Origin: Anthoceros angustus
Lineage: Eukaryota; Plantae; Anthocerotophyta
Assembly (NCBI GenBank): GCA_010909165.1
Contig: VJWM01000126.1
Location: 1 to 64,000, forward strand
Direction: 5' to 3'
DNA: 64,000 nucleotides
A program made the position numbers and the translations under genes. The notes beneath the pieces are model-generated. The model was not told the origin of the DNA. It searched no databases and saw nothing but the letters and a program-made list of their open reading frames with translations. This document shows, piece by piece, positions 11,406-23,810 of this stretch (its first letter is position 1; each line of letters begins with the position of its first letter).

Positions 11406-14400
11406 CTAAAACAGCAGTGTATCACAAATCAACGAGTCCCAATCTTGAACAGAAGCTCTCATGTTTAATCTTCCCAAAGGCTTGGTGAGAATGTCGGCTA
11501 GCTGGTCTTCAGTGGATACGTACGTCAACACTAGCGCTCCTAAGTCCACCTTGAGACGGAGGAAATGATATCTTACTTCTATGTGTTTTGATCGCTCATG
11601 AAACCTCAGATCTTTTGAGAGAGCAATGGTAGCTGTATTATCACACATTAATTCCAAAGGGCCTTCTTGTGGGTAACCAAGGTCTCGAAGTAGCTGAACG
11701 ATCCATAGTCCTTCCTTGGCGGCTGAGGCAGCAATATATTCAGATTCAGCTGAACTCTGTGCAATCGAGGTTTGTTTCTTCGACTTCCAGCTCACAGGCC
11801 CCCTGCAAGCATGAACACGTAACCACTTGTGGATTTTCTAGAGTGAGGATCGCCTGCATAGTCTGCATCAGTCCAACCTATAAGCTTGGTTGCAGCATCA
11901 GGACCTCCTTTGTACTGAATTCCACGGGTTCTCGTTCGCTGAAGATATCTAAGGATTCTTTAGCTGCTACCCAATGTAACTTTCCAGGATTGGACAGGAA
12001 CTGAGAAACGTGGCCATTAGGACACGCTATATCTGGTCTAGTGTATTGAGCTAAATGCTGAACACTGCCTACTACGCCTGCATACGGAACTGATTGCATC
12101 TCAGCAGCTTCATCATCTACTTGAGGTGACATAGTCTTACTTAGTCTTGGGCCTGTTTGCATGGGTGTGTCTACAGGTTTGCAGCTAGACATTTCATACT
12201 TGGTCAGTAAGTTAGAAACATACGTATCCTGATGCAAGGTGATAGTATGACTAGACGAATTCTGAACGACCTGAATACCAAGACAATATGACATACTCCC
12301 ATTATCAGTCATTTTGAACTCTTTCCAAGAGCAGATTTGCACTCGCTAAATACTTTTCATCATTTGAAACCATGATGAGGTCATCTACATAGAGACCCAT
12401 CATAAGCATCTGTGCCCCTATTTCTTGTGAAGACGCTAGAGTCCATGATTTTTAACATAACCCAGTGAGTAAATAAGTAGATGCTCGCATCATTTCCTGA
12501 GACCGCCATCCATAGAGTGTTTTCAAGAAGGCACACCTTGGACTCTTGGCCTTTACTTCATATCCAGGAGGTCGTTGAACGTAGATTTCTTCTTTTAAAA
12601 TCCCATGAAGAAACGCGGTCTCCACATCTAAGCGATGTATAGCGAGACCATATAGAGCAGCTAGGGCTATCATCACACGAAGAGAGGTGAGTTTAACTAC
12701 CGGGCTGAAGATATCGGATTCGAGTAGTCGACTCCACTCTTTTGTGTGAATCCTCTTGCTAGAGTCCGGCCTTGAACTGCGAGAGCCATCTCGCGTGCTT
12801 CTTTCTCAAGACCCATTTGCTGCCCACGATGTTTCGCCGTGGATCAACCAAGGTCCGTGTTGTTAGAAACCAAGGATTGATATTCACCCCATTGCCTGTT
12901 TCCGAGTTGGATTCGGTCCTTTAGTGCTTAATGAGAACAATGTCGGCACTAAAGAGAGCATGTGCGTAAAGGCCTTGGGATTTGTCAAAGGAGAGATCAT
13001 GAAATTTTACACTTGGAATCCCTCTGTTTGGCCCGGTAGGCGTCGTGTTGTGTTGTCAAGATGGAAGTCCATCGTGCTCGCAACATTAGGATCCGGTCCT
13101 TGAAATCCATCATGCTCAAGAACGCTATTCGTCCCGGCCGAAGGTGATCTTTGTGGTAAAGCCATCGTGTTGTAAGGGTCGGGAGGAGCTCGGGAAGGGG
13201 TGGTAAAGGAGCGCGGGTTAGGGATTGGGTGGGAAGTGGCACGGAATGGGAGGCGGTTGAAAGACGTCGTCCGCATAGGTGGTAGGAAGGAGTGTCATCG
13301 CTACTGGCTGCCGGTGAAGGATCCCGAGGAGGAGCGTTGAATAGAAGCTTCATCAAAGATGACATTCCCGCCAACGAAAAGCGGGTTGTGGCGATTGTAG
13401 AGCCGGTAACCTTTCACACCAGCGTCTTCGCCATATCCGACAAAGGTAAGTGGGATGGAACGAGGGTCCAATTTCTTGCAATTTGGGAACATATTTGTAG
13501 GCGGTGCAGCCAAAAATCCTAAGATGGCTGACGTTCGGTTTCTGCCCCTTCCAGATTTCATAAGGTGTCTTGTCTTCAACTGTGGAAGTGCCACAGCGAT
13601 TTTGAACATAGCAAACGCAGCAGCAGCCCGCCCACGATAATTTGGGAGGCTAGCGTGTGCGAGCTGCGGACACCGTCCATAATGGAGCGATGGCACTCAG
13701 CCTTTCCCAATTGTTGGTGTGAATATGGGACGATCTTTGGTGTTGGATCCCGTGAGAGGAGATGTCCCTCAAAATTGGTGTGGTAAGTTCTCCGCATTGT
13801 CGAAAAATCTTGATCTTCCGTCATTGGTGGTTCTGCATAAGCTTGGAACGCTTGAACAGTGGAAATGCCTCGGGTTTGTATTTGAGGAAATAAAGGTGTG
13901 TCCAAAGGATCAAATCATCTAGCAAGACAAACATGTATAATTTGCGACAAAGTTCTTTATGCATTGGTCCGCAAAGGTCGCATGTACCAACTCAAGGACA
14001 CGGATGTTTTGGTATGGGATCTTGATAAGGTCGGGTGGCGCGGTTTGCTCACGACACCGGACATAGAGGTAAAGCTCCTAACTTAGGAGGTAACCCTAAA
14101 ACCAGATTTTTGTGGACATCCGCCGCATGCCCGCAGATGTAAGTGGTGTGGAACGAAGACTTTTGGTCACCCAAGACGCGGCAGGAGACTGACGCGTAGG
14201 ATGGGTAACGTTGTTCAGCGGTAGGTGGTAGGTGGTAGGTAGGTCGATAGCAACAGGTAGGAAGCTGGAGGGACGTCCAAGGAAGTTCGGCCTTAATCGA
14301 ATCGCCGCCCGTTAGGAAGTAGGAGTAGATAGGAGCATCTATAGGCATGATAGGTTCCATAAAATTCCTTGGACCATGGGGAGTAAGAATATTCGGGAAT

Positions 14401-14830
14401 GAGAAGTTCCTTGGCCTTCGAAGTATTCGTTCTGCATGGCTATATATGCCAAATAGGGCTAGTTAAGTTGTAAATAGAAAGTAGCAGGAGTTTTGGACCC
14501 GGACACATGGCGACCATCCGGAGGAGGCAATTAAAGCGGTTGCATGTACCGCAAACTCGTTAGCTGTGTTTTGAACGGGCGGCGAACCGCAGTCAAGGGC
14601 CGAGGGGAGTAAGAGGAGTTGCGTCAAGGAAGGAAGGCAGCAGGACGATTGCAATCAGGAGGAAGCGAACTCGAGACGGAGGAAGGCGAGCGAGAGGCGA
14701 GAGGAGGGGAGAGGCGCAGGAAGCAGGGCCAGCGAGAAGGCCGGAGAGGTCCGAGGGGGACGCCTGCCGAGTGGCGAGAGCCATGCTGAGAGGCGCTGAA
14801 GGGAAGAGCAAGGACTACCAAAACAAAGTG
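11406..14830 (-). mobile_element. pol: Ty1/copia retrotransposon 1 (gag end, integrase, RT, RNase H), degraded and 5'-truncated
   Basis: RNase H SWKSKKQTSIAQSSAESEYIA..KHIEVRYHFLR; RT IHRLDVETAFLHG and QYTRPDIA; integrase KLDPRS..FVGYGEDAGVKGYRLYN. Order IN-RT-RH. Confidence 0.9.
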
Positions 14831-15039
14831 GAGAAGTTGCTGGAGGGAGATTGAAGGGGGCCAAGGTCACCTCTTGGTGGTTGCGTTGAGTCCCATACTG
14901 TCGAGGAGCGCGGGAAGCACTTCCCCTTGCTGCTGTCTCACCCAAACCACCACCTCTTTGCTCTCCACTCTCTTAGCCTGATAGATTACTTTCCAAACTC
15001 TCCAACTTTGCTATCCTTGTGTGTGCTCCCACAGTGCAG

Positions 15040-16350
15040 ATGGTGAAGATCGTGAGGACAGGAGCCGGGGATACGCCCACGGGGAGGAAACCTCCGCCGG
15101 CCACACCGCCCACAAAGGGAAAAGGGAAGAAACACCCAATCCCCGAGTTCGAGTGTAGGCCGCTCCAAATTTCACCTCGAGATTTGAGGCGCTCGAGCGC
15201 GCCCGAGATGAAGATGGAATGGCTATACTTGGTGCACAGGTGGCACTTTGCCAGCCCCGCCTTGGTTCAGGAGTGCGAGTAACCAAGGCGGACGGCCAAT
15301 TCGGAGGATGCGAAATCAAGTCATCCCGGGATGTGGAAAGTACGACATTTCCGTGGATAGATTTGATAAGCCCACAAGGGGGGGATCTGCCCGGTGGCCT
15401 CTCCAAGAATCGGATCCGGAGGAGGTTATATGTTCCTACGACAAGGAGGAAGTATGGTCGCAAGGCAATGGCTGGAGGATCTCTGTTCAAGGAGCGGAAG
15501 TGGAATCTATTCGCCAAGATATGGCCGACCAATGGCGCGGCAAGGAAGACGACTGGAAATTCTATTTAATGATGATATATGAGATGTCCTGTGGAAAGAT
15601 AGTGGATTGGGCCACCATTCTCAGATGAACAAAGTGGTTCACAACCATTTGGTGATGGCGGGAGCAAGAATCAGCTTTGTCTCTACCTTCCTCGTACACC
15701 TATATCAGAGGGAGGAGGTTCTTACAGCTGACGAGCTGGAAGAAGCCAAGATAGAAGCTACACTGGTGAGGGTGGTGGAAGGAGAGCCATCACTGGCCCC
15801 AGAGGATGAAGAGCCAGGGCAGAGACCCCTGGGCAAGAGACCGCCACGTCCCGCGAACCAGCATGAGGCCTCAGGATCAGGAACCCAACAAGAGAAAGGG
15901 AAAGAGGCCATAGAAGAACCTCCTACGGTGGAAGGAGGAAAGGATACGAGACCACCTACCAGAGGGTTAAGGATTGGTACAACACCAAAGGTGGGAATGA
16001 ACCCTACCAGAGGACCTGTGGAAGGATGGAGGACCTACGGAGCTTTACCTCCTACCAAGAGGTAGTAACAGACTTTAGATGGAGGCAGTGAGAAGAACGC
16101 CGAGGAACGCTGGTGACCCACGCACCAACGGAGGAGAGGAAGTGTTTTGAGAAGCCGCATCCTACAAAGGGTAGTCGAGAAGGAAGTGGGCGCAGGATCC
16201 ATGGACGCCCTAGTGGACCGTGGGAGGTGGCCGTTCGTGGCCGAACTTCGAGACCTACGAAAGGAGCCGGAGGACCGAGAAGAAATTGAGAGGAGCTCAA
16301 AACCACCTCCGAGAAGCAACACTGCTAGATCCGCCAAAGAGCGCGACAGA
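15040..16350 (+). pseudogene. Retrotransposon-accessory-type ORF (frameshifted)
   Basis: MVKIVRTG..; ..KIVDWATIL..ISFVSTFLVHLYQREEVLT resembles accessory proteins I recall from bryophyte gypsy elements (recognition only, not database-checked). Confidence 0.4.
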
Positions 16351-17799
16351 TGACCACCAAGTTGGTGAATGTGTGGGAAATGATTGACTGTGTCTTAGGA
16401 CAGAGGCAAAATCGGCCAAGAGGGTCGAGGAGTTGGAAACCGCCAGAAGGAGGCGTATGGGAAGAAGCCCCTAGCAAGGGTAGGAATCGAACGCAGCAAG
16501 GAGGAGGCAAGATTCACGCCTAGCAAGGCCCAGAGACCTTGAAGGCGAGAAGGACCTCCTACGAAGAAGTTAGTTGCCATGGAGCAACGGAAGGAGCATT
16601 ACAAGGGAAAGTACGGCCTTGGTGAAAGGAACGACAAGGATGGGACAATGTGACCAAGGGTCACAAAGAGGAGCTCAGACACGAGAGAACTTTTGGAGCA
16701 ACAACGAAGAAGGCCGACCTTACCCACGCCTATGAGGAGGCAAGGAACCAAGGAAGTTTTGATGGCCCAACGATCTTTGGAGGGTCTTCGTGTCATTCGA
16801 GGGGAGCAAAGTAGGCGATCACGCCATATGAAACACATGGCAATGGAAGCCATGGAGAAAGATAAGGAGATTGGGAGATTGCCCGGAGTTGGAGGGAGCG
16901 ATAGTGGAGAAAGAGGCCGCATTGGTAGGAGTGACAATCCTGGGACGAAAAGGCCATCCCACTAAGGGTCCGTGATCATGGACGACAAAGAAGGAGAGTG
17001 GTAGGGTGGCGACCTACTACAACAATCTCCTAGAAGCGATTGAGGAGCCATGCTGAGGAAGATGAAGAAACGGACCTCACGCTCGACACTGCGGAATGGC
17101 ACTCGAGGCTAAACTTTGAGTTGGTACAAGGAAAGGCAGGTGTCAGTGCTAGGCATACGAACGAGCGAGCTGGAGCACCTACGACGCCTGATCTCCTGGA
17201 TAAGGAGCAAGGCATCGCGACGCCATTGACATGGGTTTCCTACTGTGACGCGATCCGGTGTCAAGACATTCGAGGCGTGGCCCACAAGACTCTCTCGCTC
17301 TTCTCCCGCCTCCACGTGACGCTCACAAGGCCAGCGCCACCGGAGCACGAAACAAGAAGTTGAGTCCAGTGCCGTGTTCCGAGCTCGCTGCGGACACAGC
17401 GTGCGTGCACTTATGTCAGACGGAACATATGGCGTAAGGGAGGGCGCCAGTGCCGTCCAAGATCTCAGAGGCCTCACTGTGGCCCTCGATTCTTACCTCA
17501 TGGCCTCCTTCGTGTTGCCTTGGGCAGCGGCGGATAGCCTCGGGTGATCAATGACACTGCCGCTGCTTCAAGAAGAGCTGGAGGCGCAGCTCACAATGAG
17601 GTGGGAGCTGGTGCGATTGGGGTTTTGGGTTGTGCTTTCTTGGGGACGTGAACCATTCGACTGAATTGGATACATGCACTCGACACAGCCATCGGAGCAA
17701 AGATGTGCAATCGGATAGGAGCGATGTTATGATCCTTTCTCGGTCACTTTTAGTATCTGGTGTGAGGACCATCCACCTTGTGGCTAGAGTGTTGCCGCA

Positions 17800-18845
17800 T
17801 GTACTGTGGCACTCGTGATCCGCTCAAGCTTGCTATTCGAGATGTGGACACTACTAGCTTTGGTGAGTTGCCACCACTTGAATCGAAAGTTCGACGGCAA
17901 GGTGCGCCGAGCGTGCTCTTCATTGTATACACCGGTACAAACTGGCATGGGCGCAGATGTTTACAAAGACAAATTGAAGCACGGACTTGAGAGCAATGCA
18001 TGACCCACCACCCAGCCTCTTCTCAAGACTCGCCTCCTTCCTGCAATTTTACTTGAGCTTGGTATTCTTCCACCGCACTTCCTTACCGGTAGGTATTCAA
18101 GAAATTGAAGCACGGACTTGAGAGCAATGCATGACCCACCACCCGCACTCTTCTCAAGACTCGCCTCCTTTCTGTCCAATGCCCGACGTGAGCTTGGTCT
18201 TCTTGCACCGCACTTCATTACCTACGTATCCCAAAGGCATTGTTGTAACTTTGAGAATCCAGGTCTAAGTTGCTTGGTGCCGCTCGGTAGTACTACCGCT
18301 TTCTCGGTGAGCGATATAAAGGAGCTTCTACTTGGCTTAGTTTTCATACACTGTGGTTGCTGCTACCGAGCTCACGAAGACCAAGAAAACATGACGATCA
18401 AAGTGCACGTTCTCCCTCCAGCTTGGTCCCGCTTATTCTGTGGGAGAAAGACCGAGTTGCCGCCCGTGGACGGTACGGCGGTGCAAGCGGTACCGACAGA
18501 TCCGCTTTGCATTTGTTTCGAGGCTTACGCTCGTGAGTTTGAGTCTCATGGAAGGTCTAATGCGGTTTCATCCGCCTCCGGTTCAGCCTTTCGAAAGATC
18601 CCGTCATTAAAGATGGAGATTATGTCTTGTTCGGTGAGATCCGGGCCCCTTTCTTCGCTATGCTGTTTGTTTTTCAGCCCCGTGACAAATGCCCCGACTG
18701 CCCGTATCCCGCCTCGCTCACATCATGGGTGCGAGTCTCGTGTTATTACGAGGTACAAGGTGTCGCAGCGGATGCGATCGCTACCGGGAGGTTTCTTGAT
18801 GCAGATGTGCCCCTCTTCCGGTATCTCCCTCGTGGTTCTTGAATT
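17800..18845 (+). CDS. Second, divergent Crypton/DUF3504-type tyrosine recombinase (element C)
   Basis: Motifs appear in YR order: KVRRQG; SNARRELGL; LLLGLVFIHCGCCYRAHEDQENM (R at 18367); VPTDPLC..FEAY; HHGC[R]VSC[I]TR at 18721 (needs two 1-nt corrections); GVAADAIATG; LFRY (18816-18824). Confidence 0.55.
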
Positions 18846-20025
18846 GGGAGCTCACGACGGATTTGTTTGCGGTGGCTCTAGGTTGGATTCCTTGCTGCCC
18901 TACATGTCCGTGGCTATGAATGCGCCTCCTCGTGGTACCAACAAGGGGTTGTCGCCTCAAGGGACCGATCATGTTGCTGCCTTTGTTTGTTGATCCTTGT
19001 GTTAAGAACATGCATGGAGATAGCAATGTTTTAAATTGTTCACCAAATGGCGAGCGACATGTGAGTTTTATGGTGGCTACTAGGATTTTGGCATTAGCAA
19101 TGGGGTCCCGCGGTGTGTTTCGTCTGCTAAAGTGTTTCTAACCTTGTGGACTTGAAAGGTTGCGTCGGCGGTTACACACGAAGTTTTGCAGACACGGATC
19201 CGCCAAGGAGATGCTGCTCAATGGCATACAGTATTTTTCTTGCCCTGTATTTTTTCAATGAGTCCTACCATTGATGTCCATGATCCAAGGCTCTTGTGCG
19301 TGAGAATGCTGGTCAAAAGATGCTGCTCTTCATGTGTGCGAGAGAAAGCCGAGGTGAACTATCGTTTGAGCTTGTGGGATAGTGCCCGCTGCCCTTGCAA
19401 TCAATATCTTGCGTAATTGAGATTAGCTCGGGATGCAAAGCATTGTCATGCTCTAATGCTATTGTCTTTTGCTGCGGTTGTGAACCGCCTAATGAATGAC
19501 GGAGGCCAAACTGCCGTGAAAGCCAACTCCTCCTCAAAACTGCTGCCACCATGGCTCAAATCGAGGCATGCAATGTTGGGCTCCTTGAGTTGCATGATGA
19601 CCCAAATTGTTAGCGGGTCATCTTACTTGTTTACCTTGTAAGCTTCTCTTGATCATAGCAACTGGCGCAGAATCGACTTGCAAGTGCACGTGCATGTTTT
19701 TGTTCGCAGCTTTAATCCGCAGAGGGGCTAGGGATGGGCCATCGATGAGTGAAGTTGAGCACAACATATGTGGTCTTGTGACCTCATCGACAAGGGTGTT
19801 CAGAAATGATGAGTCTGTATGTCATTTGCTCATTGTAATCAAGGTTATACACGGGCTAAAGCTCGACAGTGCGCATTTTAGGAGCTCGGGCCCATGGCGT
19901 CCCAACGCCTTGACGAAATTTCATGTAAGCTTGCTTCTCCTTGTTGCCGGCCGCACCATACTCAAGCCGCTAAACCCCGCCAGTCATCAAGAATTGTTAA
20001 GTCCGGACATTAAGGAAACACAACT

Positions 20026-20318
20026 ACAACGAAATGACTACGAAATGACGCCTACGAAATGACACTTACTATGAAGTGTGAAAGTAAAAGAACCGGTACA
20101 TTATATTTCATCCCAAGAGAGAAAAGATAGTTATAAGCGTGCGCATGACTCTAAATTGTTCATGTATCGCCTCCGGCCTCGCCGAGCGGTCACGTCTTCG
20201 GCCCTCACCCTCCGGGCTCCCTACACGGCGGAACGGACTTCGTCTGGCGCGACGGCCTAGAACGGTCTCGGCCTAACGGCCTCGACCGTTCTACCGTGAC
20301 GCCTCCGTCCGCTCCCTA
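20026..20318. mobile_element. Crypton-like terminus shared with copies A, B and D
   Basis: Three ACGAAATGAC repeats (20026-20065), hairpin AGAACGGTCTCGGCCTAACGGCCTCGACCGTTCT (20259-20292), end ..CCCTA followed by ATACGA (20319-20324). Confidence 0.75.
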
Positions 20319-21329
20319 ATACGAAAGGCCCTTCACGATCGGGTCACAAAGCTTTGCCTGCTCATGCCCCTTCCCGCTCAAAAGATCTCTATGATCATAA
20401 GGAAAACTCTCTATGTTGCAGCCCTCATGGTGTGATTCCATATACAAAGAAAATGCTTGCAACCCGTAAATGTCTCGGTCGTTCGGGTTTACCAGTCGAT
20501 TTCCTTACCAACGGTGTTTTCCACTTGTCTTCCCATGTCGTCTGAAATTGCGGAACACTTGTGCTCATTCTCCGAAGCATGATTTGCAAGTGTGGTCCGC
20601 TTCATATCCATGTCAACCACCGTGTTGTCCCCAACGAGAACCCCTCTTTGATGCTCTCAATTTGGAAAACGGTGTTGTTAGTGTTGGTCAAACAACCATA
20701 TGAACCAAGTTGATTCTCGAAGACTACTTATGTTTGCAACTGGCCTTGCAAAGCGAGTGTCTTGCTTGTTAGTCAACACAAGCTGGCCTGATTGCAACGA
20801 CTGAATGTCACTTGGTCTTACCTGTGTATCGTCCTGCCACTGTCACTTGCCGTCTACATGACAAACATGCCATGCACCCTCTACTGCTCGTGCTCACATC
20901 CAGACACTTGATGCCACGACCACCTTCGCGCTTATTCTTCACCCCACCTTCGGTGATCACCGCCTTTTCACTTTTGTCACTTGAGCTGCCTCTTATCCCT
21001 ATCTACAGCCCGCAACTACACGCACGTTAACAACTGACACCTGGTGCTGCCACCGATGTTCCATCGTCATCGCCTTTCCTTCACCGCAACAACTCGTTGA
21101 TGCCCCGGATCAGCCGCCTTCCCTTGCTTCGAGACCCACACGGCGGTCACCGCAATTAGCTTTCTCTCCCACATGCACCGTGATGACTGCTTCACCTTCT
21201 CGCACCGCTACCCGCATCGATGCACTCACACTGTATTTCTCCAAGAATTGTCGCCTTCTCCACAGATCGCTGAATCCTCCGGTCTATTGTAGAATCCTCC
21301 TTCGTGCCCGCCAATCCTCCGTCCACACC

Positions 21330-23505
21330 TTTACTTCCCTTGCGCCGCCAACCACAGACGTCTCACACAACCCGCATATCGATAAGGCAAGTAACGGGTT
21401 TTATAGACCTTCCCTTTAGTGACTCTCTTCCCGCCGCCCACACCGTGAGTGCGCTGCTTTTACTGCCCCCGCCTTCTTTCCGCCCTAACTTTTCCGTCGT
21501 GCATTTGTGACAAAACCATTCTCCTTCCGGATCGCTTTCAACGGTCAAGACAAAAGACATGATGTCCTTGGTTGCACCTGGTCACACAACAAAGATTAGT
21601 TCGGGTCGGTGATTTGACCACGTTCGCAGCATCAACAGTGGCTTCCATGCTTGTGGTTGTATGCGTATCAAGATTCGGCAAGTGGCAGGCCGATGTATGT
21701 GCTCCTTGCATCGGCGCCCATCTTGCCCTTCCAACTCGATGACCCCTTGCTCACCAACGTTCACCACTCTCAAAATCAACCGTCCCGTGTTTACGTCCAA
21801 AGTGCCAGAAGGACGGTGTTGAAGATACACGAAATCACCCACTTCGAACTTTCTGGCCTTTGGCTTCCATGATCCTCCTCGTGTGAATGCATACCTCAAT
21901 TGATCTCTATGCTGTGCGATGGCCAGATTGTCCATCGCCATGGGTATCACTCGTTGTAACAACTTGGCCCGGTTTCGTAACTCTGAGCAACACTCATCCA
22001 CATCTTGTGTCCAGTCCACTGGTTTGGAATATGTGTCTGCCACTATGTTGGGCAGCACAGCATTCCTGCCAAACATTATGTAGTAGGATCGGGTTGCCTG
22101 TTGCTCGAACGACCAGAGCTCCGTGGCAACGTAAGGTAGCAACTCATCCCAACAATTAGGCTCGATCTCCGTGCAGTACTTGCGAAGTGAATCCTTGAAA
22201 GTTTGCACCAATTTCTCGCTAAACCATCTCGCCTCGAGGATGATCCCGTGACGGCGTGATCTATCAAACTCCGATCCAACAACGCTTGAACTCTCCTCCG
22301 AATTCGCTTTCCTTGATCTCGCCAGACCTCGCACTTCCATATCCGCTCAAAACGACCGTAAGAAAGCTCGTCGTGAATTGGGAAGTTCTGACTGGAAGGA
22401 ATGCCAATTCCATCCACTTGGAGAAGTGTTCTATCATGAGCATACAATGCTTGTTGCCTTGCTTGGTCAATGGTAGCTCTGGCATGAGGTCAACGGACCA
22501 TCGAAGAACAGACCCCGAATAGGCAGCGAATGCAACACCACATCCCGGCTGTTGAACCTTGCTTTGACTGCATCACAAGCAGCACATCTCGACACCACTC
22601 GCTCGACGTCGGAGTACATTCCAGACCAAAAATAGGCACTCTTCAGCATATGATGCGTCCTTTTTACACCGAAGTGCCCAAGTGTCTTGTGCACTTTACT
22701 CACTATCTGCTCAAAGCGCCTTGTAAGAAAGCTCGTCTTTGTAATTGGGAAGTTGGAAGGAATGCCAATTCCACCCACTTGGAGAAGTGTTCTATCATGA
22801 GCATACAATGCTTGTTGCCTTGGTCAATGGTAGCTCGGCATGAGGTCAACGGACCATCGAAGAACAGACCCGAATAGGCGTGAATGCAACACCACATCCC
22901 GGCTGTTGAACCTTGCTTTGTGCATCACAAGCAGCACATCTCGACACCACTCGCTCGACGTGAGTACATTCGGACCAAAAATAGGCACTCTTGACATATG
23001 ATGCGTCCTTTTACAAAGTGCCCAAGTGTCTTGTGCACTTTACTCACTATCTGTTCCCGTTCCTCTATGGGAGGGACCATTTTACACACTCCACGATCTG
23101 TCACTAACAATTTGCCATCCCTCCAGGTATACCTCATGACCTTCCGTCGCAGCTTTTGAACGGCTGTGGCATCTAGTCCAACTACTTGTCCTTCCTTCAA
23201 TAGCTGAATAGCATGCCCATATTTCCATATGTCTCGTCCCCTCATTGAGTTGTTTTCTTCCTTCCTGACTTGTGGCCATGAGAGCCATATACATGCTTGG
23301 CATGTAACGAGCATGATCAAAATCCTGCCGCGCACCAGTCCCATCTTTGTCATCAGGTACTGGGTTCCTGCTAAGTCCATCCGCATTGTGATGTACTTTT
23401 GTCGCCTGCACTATGTGCATATCATATTCTCGACGTAACGCCCACCTTGCGAGCTTGCCACTCAACTTCATGTTCGCTATTAACCAAGCAACGGCCGGTG
23501 ATCGG
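21330..23505 (-). pseudogene. pol: Ty3/gypsy pol 3' part: RNase H end, integrase, C-terminal PHD finger
   Basis: VTDHRPL..KLSGKLARWAL; HKTLGHFGVKRT..YFWSGMYSDVERVVSRCAAC (HHCC); IEHFSKW; FEVGDFVYL; PHD ..LLCDRCNQGHHVFCL..PEGEWFCHKC (about 21500-21640). Contains a duplication of about 360 bp (about 22357-23050). Confidence 0.9.
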
Positions 23506-23810
23506 TTACGATAGGAACGGACGCGAGGGCGCGACGTCGAACGGGCCGAGGCCGTGAGGCCGAGACCGTTCTAGGCCGGCGCCCGACGCGCGTCTGCTCC
23601 TCGGCGTAGGGAGCGGCCGAGTCCGGGGCCGAGACGCCTAACTCGATCGCAGCATGGAGCCGAGGTCTGAACTTGTTAGACCGGGTGCCTATACCACCCG
23701 ACTTATATGTCATTTCTCTCTCTCTTACAGTAACTTCCCTTCACTACTGTTTCATTTTCGTTTTTTTAATCCTTTTACACAATAAAAGGATTATCATCAC
23801 TATCGTAATA

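Noticed and set aside
20325-21330. 3' LTR of the PHD-gypsy element
   Set aside because: No matching sequence upstream of either gag copy and no clear PPT or PBS; LTRs not called.
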